A stretch of 63,978 nucleotides of DNA, counting the filler, from Globobulimina sp. (lineage: Eukaryota), in assembly GCA_003354225.1 (NCBI GenBank). It is 18 parts of 18 records of this genome, joined end to end, with 100 filler letters (N's around TTAATTAATTAA, not from the genome) between each part and the next. Parts side by side here need not be neighbours in the genome. Positions count along the whole stretch, not along the records: positions 49,851 to 53,308 come from PIVH01002744.1; positions 53,409 to 56,865 come from PIVH01002745.1; positions 56,966 to 60,422 come from PIVH01002746.1; positions 60,523 to 63,978 come from PIVH01002747.1; 14 more parts are not named here. The stretch is one strand, 5' to 3'. Shown piece by piece: positions 49,974-61,560 of the stretch. The notes under the pieces are model-generated. The model saw nothing but the letters and a program-made list of their open reading frames with translations. It ran no database searches and was not told where the DNA came from. Position 1 is the stretch's first letter; each line of letters opens with the position of its first letter. The position numbers and the translations under genes are program-made.

Positions 49974-51312
49974 ATGAAGACCAATAAAAGACAAACACAA
50001 TATTTAACAGTGCCAAATACAATGTTAAACGACCAAGACATTACAATGAAATGTGATGCATCCTCTGGCTCGTTAACTTCGTCAATATCATATCAAATAT
50101 CATCACAACATACAAACGAATCCTCACAATCTCCGCAGGTGTGTTCTGTGCAACAATTATTGCATAACTCGCCATTTACACAATTACACCACACAGAACC
50201 CTCAACATTCAATGATGGAATGTGACGATGAGAAGAATCAACAATTATACGACCAGAGCGCCACTATGCTGGACAATGGTTTCACGCCAATCCATGAAGT
50301 GGCCAAAACCTTACAAGGTTGCATTTGGAGAGTATATTATAAAGAACTTGAATGCTATGCAATCATTAAAGTCACAAATAAAATATTATCGCAGCAACAT
50401 ATTGGTATCGATCATCGTCAGGGCCGTTATTTTGAATGTAATGAAAACATCAAACAGGAAATCAATATGTTATATTCATTAAATTCTGTAAATGAAAACG
50501 AATCCATTCATCCCGCCATGATTGGTTTATATAAAGTATTTGAAGATAGATTTAATATATTCATTGCAATGGAGGATGGTGGCAGTGACTTATTATCACT
50601 TATCAATAAATGTCATCAACAGCTCAAAAATCATAAAATGTTACTATCAGATTGGAAAATTACTGCCAAGCAAATGATGAAACAAATGACTGAGTTTCTC
50701 CGTTGGTTACACGATGATAAACATGCTTGTCATTTAGATATAAGTTTGGAAAATTTGTCAATTCAAAATGTTGAATGGGAATACAATGTGAAATCTAAAA
50801 CATTTAAGTTGTTGCCCAATTTTCAAATTAAGTTTATTGACTTTGGCGTCGCTGAAAGATTCAACGAAAAAATTCAACCCAAGCCAGTTGATGATGAATC
50901 TGACGATGATGGAAGTTATGTTATGGAGGATGAAGAGGAGGAGATAGAATATTATGAAAATGAGGATGAAATTTCGTTTGAATGTACTAAGTTTGTGGGC
51001 AAATTAAAATATTTTGCTCCCAATATATTGAATCACCTAACATTTGATGCTCGAGCTGCAGATATCTGGTCTCTTGGAATTGTTTTGTTTATGGTCTGTA
51101 CCGGTTATTGTCCGTGGAATAAACCGAGTGATGATGATATTTATTACAATTTAATTGTTATTCAACAACGGTTAACAGATGTGTTGAAACATTGGAATCG
51201 GGAATGTTATATTGATGACGATGTGCATCAATTATTTTATCGAATATTTTCGGATCAAATGTATAGAGCCGATGCAAACGAAATTTTACAACATTCGTGG
51301 TTAAAAATGTAA
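49974..51312 (+). CDS. Ser/Thr protein kinase, CAMK-like, non-RD (HLD)
   Basis: Motifs AKTLQG, IIK, HLDISLEN, DFG, VGKLKYFAPN and DIWSLG. A 58-nt intron at 50139-50196 joins the upstream ORF in frame. Confidence 0.9.
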
Positions 51313-53563
51313 TGATGTGATACTATTATATACAAAAAAAAAGGCAATCAAATTATAAAATAGATATTGGTTTTATATTTTAATTTGGATTCTATTTCTC
51401 TGAGAATAAAAGAATTTTTGTTATATATAATATAGATGTCCAGATTGAATATATGTAGAATTAATTAATATTTGCTTGTCTTTCTGTTATAAAAGTATTT
51501 ATTGTTATTACATTTTGTTTATATATTTATTGTGTTTGTGCACAAATGCAAGCATTCAAAATAAAATGAGAGTTGTATTTGTGCTTTTCTTTATATTGCG
51601 TTTTATTGCTATGTTATTGTTATTTTTGTAACGATAACAACGATTTATGTTTCTTTTTTATTATTTTTTTGGTCCAATCTTTTTGTTTTGTATTTTCGAG
51701 GCCTCCTATAAAAGCTGTATTACTTTTAATTATATTATCAATACACGCGGTGTGCATGATATCTGTTCCGACAACAGAAACACTCCGAAAAGCTAATAAT
51801 GTCAAAATTGTTCCCACTCTTTATCGTGCTATCTGTTTTTGTTTATATAGGATGCAGTGATTCCAAACACAAAATGGAGGACTAGAGGAGATGGATATAA
51901 TCCACGATCTCAATTTAAACTTCAAAAAAAAACCTCAAAACCAACAACCTCACTATCGACCATCCTCTTTTGACTTCGCCAAATTCGTCACCCATTTTAT
52001 CACACATTGTCGTCGCATTAGAACCGCCACCCATTTTATTCATTTGTCATCGCATTAGAATCACCACCAACATCAGTCACTAAACCAAAGCGACATTTAT
52101 TGGATGTATAAAAAAGTCAACAAAATGATAGATATTATTCCTATTATTTATACGCGTTGACTCACTAGCTAGCCCACCTAGGAAAATAGATATTTATTAT
52201 TATTTCGATTATTAGTATAGGATAGTATTAGTATAGGTACGAGACAGTGAATTTGAGGGATCCCTTCAGCAATTGAGAACATGGATTTCTATTATGTCTA
52301 AGTTTTTAGAGAATTAACATCAAGGATTTTTATTTCAACGCTACATATGTCCAAAAGACATTCAGATGATCCCAGTGATCAACCATCAAAAAAAAAACAA
52401 TGATGAATTTTTTGTGAAAGGAACATCACCTACATTATCATTTAGAGAGAGTGAGCAAAATTACAAAGTAGAACATTTAGAGAGATTTAAATACATCAGT
52501 TGCGCCATTGTTTAATATGGTACCAATTGGACCTCATCCATGTGGTTCATATGAAGTATGGACCCCATCGCAGTATTTTCATGAGGTTATAAGTTGGTTT
52601 ATGATGGTTTATGATCCATTATAGAGAATTACAAGTGTGATATAATTATAATGCACAATCTCAATATGCTCAAAACATAACTAGTACTGTCAATAATTGC
52701 ATTTGTAAAGCTTTTCATAAAAAATTAATCCATTAAAACAATATGATATACAGTTTCTTGAGATAAAATAAGATTGGGTTTCATCAATAATTTCGGGACT
52801 AGCACCAATACTTCCTTTTGTTTTTCGTTGTTGAATATTTAAAAAAACGGACAAGGGATTAACTGAAAAGGCCGATAGATTTGGCAGGTAAAAGTGATTG
52901 GATTTTGTTGTGGATGATTGGTTCTACAGCATCACATTGTTATAGCGCGTTTGAGCAAAAGGGCTCATTGTGACATGCTGTAGCTTAGAAATCAACAAAC
53001 ATCAAACATAACGAGTAAATGGCTGCGTTTGAAAAGAAAAGAAAGATATGTTTATTTTTATGTTTGTATTCATTTTCACATTTAACAAGAATAAATAAGA
53101 TGTGTTGAAAGGTTGATTATTTGGGATGGGATAATATGTGAAGAATTAAATGAAATTATGGGGATTTGGATTAAATTAACAACATAGATTCGTTTGACAC
53201 AATGGAAAAGGGAGAATATAGATTGGTGCGTGAGATTGCCACAGATTGGTTTATGAGAAAATAGATTGGGAGGCCAATTTGTGAGAACTTGTTTGCAAGG
53301 CTTCTTATNNNNNNNNNNNNNNNNNNNNNNNNNNNNNNNNNNNNNNNNNNNNTTAATTAATTAANNNNNNNNNNNNNNNNNNNNNNNNNNNNNNNNNNNN
53401 NNNNNNNNCCAATCAGCTGCCATGTTACGATGCTATTACAAATTAAAAATACCTCACTGTAAAACATTTTTTTGCTATCAAGGGAAATGAACGTTGGTTG
53501 AAAAAATTTGAAGAATTAAGGTACATATATTTTAAACTGTTATCAGATGTTGATATTATTGCA

Positions 53564-53638
53564 ACAAATGGGATTAGAATGGAATCCAGACACTATATGT
53601 TACAATTAACATATTTGTATCCTTCATTTTCCCATTGT
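53564..53638 (-). promoter_or_regulatory. Putative SECIS element in the 3' UTR
   Basis: Minus strand AATGGGA-AA-ATGA-A-GGATAC-AA-ATATGTTA-ATTG-TAACATAT-A-GTGTCT-G-GA-T-TCCATTCTAA-TCCCATT. This gives helix I, an asymmetric internal loop, a UGAN/NGAN core and a long upper stem. Placement of the apical adenosines is non-standard. Confidence 0.65.
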
Positions 53639-53729
53639 ATGCAATCAATCATGACCAATAGACATAAAAATGCTGGCAGTCAAGTCAGATGAACAAATGC
53701 AGAAAATGGGTATTTCGGTGATATGCAAG

Positions 53730-54638
53730 TCACAGTTTAGATAATTGTTGATGTGGTAAATCGATTAAATTTCCTAAATCCAATTTGTTGAATAAATAAT
53801 CCAAATGTTGCAATTTATTAAAATCACATTTTACCATTCCATCAATTCCCATTTTAGTCTGTAAATATTTTTTTAATTTGTTATTCTTATTACATGCATT
53901 AACAAAGATATTTTGCAATTGATTTATTTTAAAATTATGTGATTTTAGGAATTGTTTTGTGACCACAATAAGTGGCGCATGATATGGACCTAAAATCTCG
54001 TCCTTTAACACTCGGAAATTGAATTGTTGTGATTTTAAAGTTGATAATAATACATTAACATCAATGGCAGCAATATCAGCTAAACCATTTGCAACTAATT
54101 TCATTGAATTTGTGTGACTTTGAGACATAATTATTTTTTTAAAAGGACATTTATTTTGATCCAATAAATTATTTTGTGATAACCATATTTTAATAGAATT
54201 ATAACCAGATAATGATAAAATATCATTGCAGGCTAATACTAATTTCTTATTTCCACTATTTTTAATATCAAAAACGTTCCTAATCCAATTTGAAGATGTT
54301 ATCCATACGGAATAGTAAATTGGTTCATTTATAACATTTATTGCTTTGTTAACTTGCCATTGACTGTGAAATGGATCATCAATCATTGATGATGAAACTA
54401 ATGGAATCAAGTTCGATTTGCATCGGATATATGTTGGAGATCAAATACGCATAAAATCAATTTTTTTATTATTTTTTATAAATGTTTCGTTTTGCGCACG
54501 GGTTGGACCAGATTGTGTTGGAAATACACTTGGAATCACTTTTATATCTATATTCATCATATTTGACACTTCATAAATAAGTGGTTGCAACGCATCATAC
54601 TCTTCAACGACAGTTATAAAGTCCATAAATGAAGACAT
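53730..54638 (-). CDS. PhnD/phosphonate-binding-type periplasmic-binding-fold protein with in-frame UGA (candidate selenocysteine) at 54441-54443
   Basis: ORFs 54441-54638 and 53730-54410 are in the same frame, separated only by TGA (IDFMRI-UGA-SPTYI). Motifs PIYYS, LACNDILSLSGY, SHTNSMKLVANGLADIAAID and LGPYHAPLIV. Confidence 0.75.
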
Positions 54639-54736
54639 TACGATTCAAATTGTCAGACTAGAAAACAAAAAATTAAAATTAAGCGCGATATTGAAAATCA
54701 CGGTATTTATTGACATACTGCAGCGAGTTGAATTTA

Positions 54737-55936
54737 TTACAATACTTTCAATTTAACATCATCAGAATATCCAAATCTCCATTTATTTCGTTCAAATAAT
54801 GCAATAACTTCCTGCATATACCACTTATGGCATTTATCAATCTGTTCTTGAGTTGGATCCTGATCCTGATTATCAATTTTGTTTTGAACACAGTCAGAAT
54901 ACATATTCGCACTAAAAATAGTATGTAAACCAATATCACTCCGCGGTAAAAATGGACTGTACCAATATGGACCAATCGGAAACACAGTCGGTACCTTTTT
55001 CTGATTTAACCATTGTTTCAATTTCCCAATCCATGAATTGGTGCTTGTGGCAAATATATTTTTATAACTCTCACATTCCCCAAATACATAACTGGGCCAT
55101 AATTCATACCCATATTTTAAACAATATTTAATAAATCCTTTCCTTTGTTTGATATAAATTACATTCTCACCATAGCTAAATAAGGTTGCTTCATTAATTC
55201 CGCCCGGCAAAAGTCCAAAAGATACTCCTTTGCTCATCAGCGATTTCATAGAGTTATTATCTGCCGGCAGTACGCAGCCAGTTAACTTTGTAAAAAAGAA
55301 ATTAAAAATGGGTGCTTTACATAAATAAGCAACAGCAAAGCCTGGCTTTGGTATCTTATATTTCATGCTTTCATATGCAGTGATATCTTGTCAGCAAATT
55401 CAAAATGAGTATTTTTATCAGTCACATCCTCCAATGCACGGAATCTCATACCGCAACACAACAAAAAGCCTAAACAAAATATGCCGTGCGGATGGACAGC
55501 GGCTAATATCGGTTGGTGCAAATTACGTTTTTTTGGCTCAGCTTCTACGATTTGCGTACAGCCGCCATCAAAATAAGCAGAGCCAAATCTGATGTATAAC
55601 CTACAAATCCATGGCTGGGGGCGGATGGGAATGAAGTATGGTAATAATATTATAGAGGACAAGATGAGCGCGGTTGTGCTATAATTGGTATAAAATAAGA
55701 ATATAATAAAAAACGGCATGACAAATCCTCCGATCCTTTAATTTGTTTTTTTATTTCAAACATTTGAACAATACAAAGTAATTATAAATGGAATAAAAGT
55801 ACCATGAATAAAGCAATAGCAAAAAAAAGATGCTTCCGCCCATTTTGTTGCACCAATTTTTACCGTGACCCATCCTTGCGACAGACCATAAACCAGAAAA
55901 ATCTGGATTTAGCAAAGAGAGTTTGTCGGTTGACAT
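54737..55936 (-). CDS. DGAT2/MOGAT-family acyltransferase, spliced, one-base frameshift near 55388
   Basis: Motifs HPHG, GLLPGGINEA, RKGFIKYCLKYG, PSYVFGE and HKWYMQEVIALFERNK. N-terminal TM region and an intron at about 55738-55802. Confidence 0.85.
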
Positions 55937-56245
55937 TGAATAACAATTCCAGTGTTTTTCTGCTCGGAGTTTAAGCGATTTTTATGAGAAAATGTCGTCT
56001 GAATCCTTCAATATTCTTCACCCTCCAAATTCTGAATCCTTAATTCAATATTATTACTGACTTGTGATAACCTCCAAATAGCATCGTGTTTTTAGAAATA
56101 CTATTTTGATGAAAAAATCGTTCTGATGAGTCCTATCAAACAACGCATTGATAGAAACAAATTATTTTGACAAAAGCATATATTATAAATTCCGTCAAAA
56201 ACAAAAATTTATGGAGCAAACAGTCACAATCTGATACTCTATGTA

Positions 56246-56865
56246 TCATGCATTGTTTCCATAAAATCTCCAGCATCCAATTGAAATATTAATATGGCTT
56301 TGGCTCCAACGACCACCCACGATTCGCATTGCGCAAGTTTCAATATTTACATCAAGCGTTCTAATTTCATTTTGTTTTAAATCGGTAAATATTTTCCAAT
56401 TTAACCAATTTCCGTCATCTCCTTTATATTGAATCTGACGATTATTAATATACGGTACATCTGGAATAATTTCTGAAACATTCTGTTTCGTATCATCACT
56501 GTGCATCACATCTAATCCAGCAATATCCATTCGAAAAATATTTACTTTATTATTAAATTCAACCGCAACATATTCAAATCCCATTTTGTTATTACGTAGG
56601 TTCGATGTGGCAACTCCCTCATTTACGTTGTTATTTGTTAATGCCTCATAACTATTCAATGTTCCATCATATTTACTGCTCATTTTTAAAATATATTGAA
56701 GGCATTGAGCATTCTTATATGTTACGGCATTCTTATATGCTTCAAGCTGGTCTCGTAATTCTTGATTTTCTCGTTGTAATAATGTATATCGTTTATTATG
56801 CGCATAATCCACTTTTACTCTTTGTTCTGTACTGAATGCAAAACGAACCTCCGAAGTAGGATTCA
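56246..56865 (-). CDS. Hypothetical protein: coiled coil + discoidin/galactose-binding-like beta domain, 5' partial
   Basis: Pattern GVAT...YVAVEF...IQY...W..W...AMRI...IGCWRFYG. Confidence 0.4.
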
Positions 56866-56965
56866 NNNNNNNNNNNNNNNNNNNNNNNNNNNNNNNNNNN
56901 NNNNNNNNNTTAATTAATTAANNNNNNNNNNNNNNNNNNNNNNNNNNNNNNNNNNNNNNNNNNNN

Positions 56966-57575
56966 ATATTTGCATTTATTTAAACATTTAAAAGGTGAAT
57001 TCTCGATATTCAATGCTGAAACAAAAGAATTTGACAAAATACCTGTCGAGAAATTTATGGTAAATTACAAATTTGCCGTCAATTGTAATACAGGAGCGAT
57101 TGTAATGTTATCTGTTATTATTGCAGCTGTTGTTGTCATCTATAATGTATTGATTGGATCTGAATTGTTTGGTGCTTCTACCGTTTTAATTTGTGTTTGG
57201 GTTTTGATTTTATTGATGATAATATGGCAATTATTGATGATATCATTGAAGTTTTCATCATTGCAATCCAGGCATTTGCGATTCTTACATACACAGCAAT
57301 TATGGGCTCAACAATCAATCTTTGATTTAATATATAAATTGAAAGAAAATGATTATGTGGATGAATTGCACAAAGTTCAAATTGAAAAAAAGATGAATTA
57401 TTTGCAGAAATCAAAAGAATTAATCAATGCAATAACCACACAAATTGAGATTATTGGTTTATCTCCAAAAATTGCAGGAATTCCAATGTCTGGAGTGTTC
57501 GTAAAATTTACATGGTCGTTAGCAATCAGTGCAATCACTGCTGGAATTGGATTTTATTTGAGAAATTTGTCATAA
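56966..57575 (+). CDS. Multi-pass membrane protein, C-terminal part
   Basis: Two TM helices, a long helical loop and a terminal KIAGIPMS...TM helix. Confidence 0.5.
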
Positions 57576-57682
57576 AACTTTGTCTCATCTAGCTATATTT
57601 GTGAGTGTTTTTCAACGTAATTTTAATAATGAAATCACAAGGACGGTTTAATGATGGTTTAAATTAGTAAGGGCGAATTAAA

Positions 57683-59641
57683 TCAGTCATTTTTTCTTTG
57701 TGTTCTTTGCTTTTTTTGAATCAAGGATTTTAATGCATAATTTGACACTAAATTCTTATGTGATAATTTTAAGCCAGTATTTGGTGAAATATCATTACTT
57801 TTAAGCCAATCTTGAATAGCACACCGTTCATAGGTCGCACCATCTGCAATAATTACCGGATCGACCATTATTTCCATTGTTATCGGACAATAAAATTCAG
57901 CATTATCCAAATCACCATTACATTTATCATCCAATCTCTGTTTCTTTGTTGGCGGTTCCAATTTTCTATCATCATCATCACTTAATTTACGTTTTCGTGA
58001 GTTGTTATTATTTGCATTATTTGAATTATTATTATTATTATCATATTTGCTCTCATCTGCTTCATCCAACGCAATATTAAATTGTATTCCATCTTGCTGT
58101 GCTACAAATTTTAATGTTTTTAATTCATTTATTAATGTCGGATCATAACAATTTGTCATTTCCAACACAAATTTATCAATAAATTCATCAAACCGATAAC
58201 TGCCATAACTCTCAAACAATTCCATCTGTTCTTTATTTGGGTTCATTGTTTTTCTTAATTTAACATAATCATTCACAAAATCTGTATATTTTATCAATAA
58301 AACAGCCTTTCGAATTCCTACATTCTCAAATATCTCATTCTTAGCCAATGTACCCATATCTTTTTCGAAATAATTCCTCTGTGTAATACCATTCATGTCA
58401 TCCCATTCAACTTTAATTTTAAGCAAATTATCTTTAAATCCGCTTTTTAATTTAAATAACAATAAACCAGATCGAATATCATTTTTATCATTACAATGTG
58501 ATGCAAAACATGTTATTTGTTTCGCACTTTTCGCATTCTCCAAATTATTGATTTCTGGACTCCCAAATCCTTTATCAATATAATGATCGCTGACAATGGT
58601 TAATGTTGCATTAAATGCAACCGATGTAACCATAAAATCGAATTCCTGATTGACAATCTCTGCAAAATCATCAGCATTCATAATATTACAATAATTACAT
58701 CCCATGGAACTTGATACATTTTCAATTACTTCGCCGCCTAAATCCAAGCCAATGCCAGCAACACTCGTAAATACATTATCGTGTAAGCTATGGTCATGCA
58801 CCAATTTACTAAATTCTTTGCCATCCGAATCAGTCACAAGCATATCTGTTAAAAACCATATTCTTTTATTTGTCGCATTCTCCTTTAAACCGGATAACAG
58901 TTCAAAAGCTTTGTTATATGCCGGCGTTATAGCAGTGCCACCATTTCCTTTCAATTTATTTATTGCGCCAATTAATTCTTCTTTTTTGCTTTTGGTATCG
59001 GCCCATTTTTGAATATCATGGAGTACAGAGACGGTGTCATTAAATACAATAAAACCAAAATAATCATTGTCATGAATTTGTTCTAAGAATAGAGATAACA
59101 CTTTCTTTGCTACAGTTATTCGAGAATCTAAATTTTTTTTCATATTATAATTAAAATTGGTATCATCAACATCGAAGCCAAAACTCATACTGCCGGAAAT
59201 ATCCAATACAAAAACAAATTGCAAATTAGGTCGTTTGTGTTTATCCATTCCTTTAAGTCCATCATATTTAGAGGCACCATGCCATCCAAACCAATATTCA
59301 TCTGATTTTTGTTCATAATCAAATGTTTTTGCAATGGTTATATTTGATTCATACATTTTATCAATTTCAGGTTGCTTGTTTTCATCTTTTGCTTGGCTGA
59401 AACTAAAATAATGCGCATATAGACTTGATTCATATGTTATGTTGTAATTGTAATTCATTACAGTAACATCATTATTTTCTTCTGGTTCATCATCTAAACA
59501 CACAGTACCCGGTTTATAATGATGGGGTTTTTTGACCCCACCCATTGATGGTGCAGATTTTCTCGCTGCTTTGGTTGCTAATTGTTTCCTCGGAGCTGCG
59601 CCTCCTGAACTTTTTCTAGCTGTTTGCCGTGTTCGTGCCAT
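57683..59641 (-). CDS. Histone H3 N-tail (residues 1-48) fused to a vWA domain and a C-terminal U-box
   Basis: N-terminus [49 protein letters not shown]. vWA MIDAS motifs [12 protein letters not shown] and FLTD. U-box [31 protein letters not shown]...SPNT...[11 protein letters not shown]. One uninterrupted ORF. Confidence 0.9.
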   Translation of the reverse strand: MARTRQTARKSSGGAAPRKQLATKAARKSAPSMGGVKKPHHYKPGTVCLDDEPEENNDVTVMNYNYNITYESSLYAHYFSFSQAKDENKQPEIDKMYESNITIAKTFDYEQKSDEYWFGWHGASKYDGLKGMDKHKRPNLQFVFVLDISGSMSFGFDVDDTNFNYNMKKNLDSRITVAKKVLSLFLEQIHDNDYFGFIVFNDTVSVLHDIQKWADTKSKKEELIGAINKLKGNGGTAITPAYNKAFELLSGLKENATNKRIWFLTDMLVTDSDGKEFSKLVHDHSLHDNVFTSVAGIGLDLGGEVIENVSSSMGCNYCNIMNADDFAEIVNQEFDFMVTSVAFNATLTIVSDHYIDKGFGSPEINNLENAKSAKQITCFASHCNDKNDIRSGLLLFKLKSGFKDNLLKIKVEWDDMNGITQRNYFEKDMGTLAKNEIFENVGIRKAVLLIKYTDFVNDYVKLRKTMNPNKEQMELFESYGSYRFDEFIDKFVLEMTNCYDPTLINELKTLKFVAQQDGIQFNIALDEADESKYDNNNNNSNNANNNNSRKRKLSDDDDRKLEPPTKKQRLDDKCNGDLDNAEFYCPITMEIMVDPVIIADGATYERCAIQDWLKSNDISPNTGLKLSHKNLVSNYALKSLIQKKQRTQRKND

Positions 59642-59769
59642 TCGTTTCAAATTGGTTGACGGACTTGACTTGACTGTTGACACTGAAGAATGAGGAGATG
59701 TAGGAAGTGGAAGAAAGTTTTTAAAAGTGTATTTTATATATTTATTTTATTGTGAATTAATAATTAATT

Positions 59770-60250
59770 TTAGTACACAGGAATAACAACACAGCCATAT
59801 ATACAGACAAGAATACACACATGTGCTTTTGTTAACCTTTTACAATAATAAACAAAAGGAAACATGATATTATAATTTAAAACACATTTACAAAATTGTA
59901 TGGTTACACAATAAAACGCGAATTCAACCAGCGTTGCAATGGACAAATAAGAGATGACTAAGTTGGATGATGCTTTATCATCCAATTGACCCGAATACAT
60001 TTTGAAACATAGTTTATAATCCAACGCAAAAAACAATCCGCTAAAGACAGCACACCATAATTTAACCACTAAATCCATTGATAACCGATCTCTCCAAATA
60101 CCCAAAGTAGAATCATAGCCATCATGTAAAACATGTAAATATGTATAATATCTTATAATTATCTCATTTGACCGCCAATAATATATTTCATGATATCGCA
60201 CAATGACAGCGAAAAATTCCCATAACAAATGAGCTGACAATGTCAACGAA
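59770..60250 (-). CDS. Hypothetical membrane protein fragment; its upstream part appears chimeric
   Basis: AT-rich hydrophobic ORF. The GC-rich upstream part resembles unrelated bacterial fragments. Confidence 0.3.
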
Positions 60251-60522
60251 AATTGTGTGACTGTCGGCGCATGAAAAACAGATATAACCGGAAGGTTCTT
60301 ACCCATAACTTTGTTAATCTCAGATATTAACGGCACAGCCAGCAGTGAGGAACCGCGCGAGTAAAGTACGTGACCCGAGTTGACATACACGGCGCGGCTT
60401 CCGCCTTCGACGATGACGCGATNNNNNNNNNNNNNNNNNNNNNNNNNNNNNNNNNNNNNNNNNNNNTTAATTAATTAANNNNNNNNNNNNNNNNNNNNNN
60501 NNNNNNNNNNNNNNNNNNNNNN

Positions 60523-61070
60523 GTGCATTACCACCACAATCACTATAATCTGTGGAATAAACACTTCCATTTTCTGATAAAATGATGGAATAAGCATCAG
60601 CACATTGTATTTGTTTAATATTTCCATATTTCCATTGAATTCGACATATTTTATATTGATTTCCTTCACTGCCAATTCCAAGTTGGAATGTCTCATTTCG
60701 TCCAAATGCATAAATATTTTCTCATTTGTTACTATGAAGGTATGATATGATATGAAAACAAAACAGGATTACAGAATATTTTCGATATTTTAAACTGATT
60801 CAATCCATTCATAACTGATAATTTCTCCAATTTCTCTCCTTTACTTTTTTCCTGTAAACAACTGCCATATTTATTATTTCCAGCTGCATAAAACGTATCT
60901 TTATCATCTCTGTAAATTGTAAATTCATCACCATTAAATATTTGAGTTACATTGATCCGATGACTCCATGTTAATGCACTTAATTCTTCTATTTGACGAG
61001 AATTACCATCACCGAATTCACCTTCGTTATTATCACCAACAGCATATACAATATTAGCTTTGGCAGCCAT
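60523..61070 (-). pseudogene. RCC1-repeat gene with two frameshifts
   Basis: VYAVGDNNEGEFGDG and FYAAGNNKYGSC are followed by a 5-nt ATCAT duplication (about 60742-60751) and a 1-nt shift (about 60722) before IYAFGRNETFQLGIG resumes in another frame. Confidence 0.65.
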
Positions 61071-61560
61071 TGTGTTTGATGGACGATTGGAAGAGAAAGA
61101 GCAGACAATTAACGATTGTATGCTAAGAAAAGAGGTTTTTGAGTGTGAGTAAAGTGAACACGTTGATGTTTTATAATTATGACTAAAGAGAGTATATTAT
61201 TTTATTTTATTTGCTTTATTAAAACTAAAACTGTCACACACAAAAAAAAATATTGGATTCACAAATATTGGATTCACAAATAATTATAACAAATTAATAT
61301 AAATAACTATTATAATACTAAAAAAAGAAAAATAAAACAGGTTTAAAATAAAAAACAATACACACAAAAGATGCTTGCTTGGGACATATTGAATTATCAT
61401 TATTATAAAACAAAAGATTCCCTTACAATGGCAACGCAGCATCGAGACAGCGCATTGACTACCTTTATATGCATACATTTATAATTAAAAACTCTTTCGT
61501 TTCTGTGATTAATTCTTTTTATATGTTTACACAACATTTACTATCTTATGCTTAGTACCC

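Noticed and set aside
51500-53308. 1.8 kb with no long ORF, including a broken reading frame near 52348-52700
   Set aside because: Possibly a decayed transposon, but I found no TIR, TSD or catalytic motif.
59495-59641. A canonical histone H3 gene
   Set aside because: No histone-fold sequence follows in any frame on this contig. The tail is fused to a vWA-U-box ORF instead.
3465-60522. Regularly spaced TTAATTAATTAA flanked by N runs, superficially a repeat array or CRISPR
   Set aside because: An artificial joiner between length-sorted contigs. ORF tails reading XXXX or LIN are artefacts of it.
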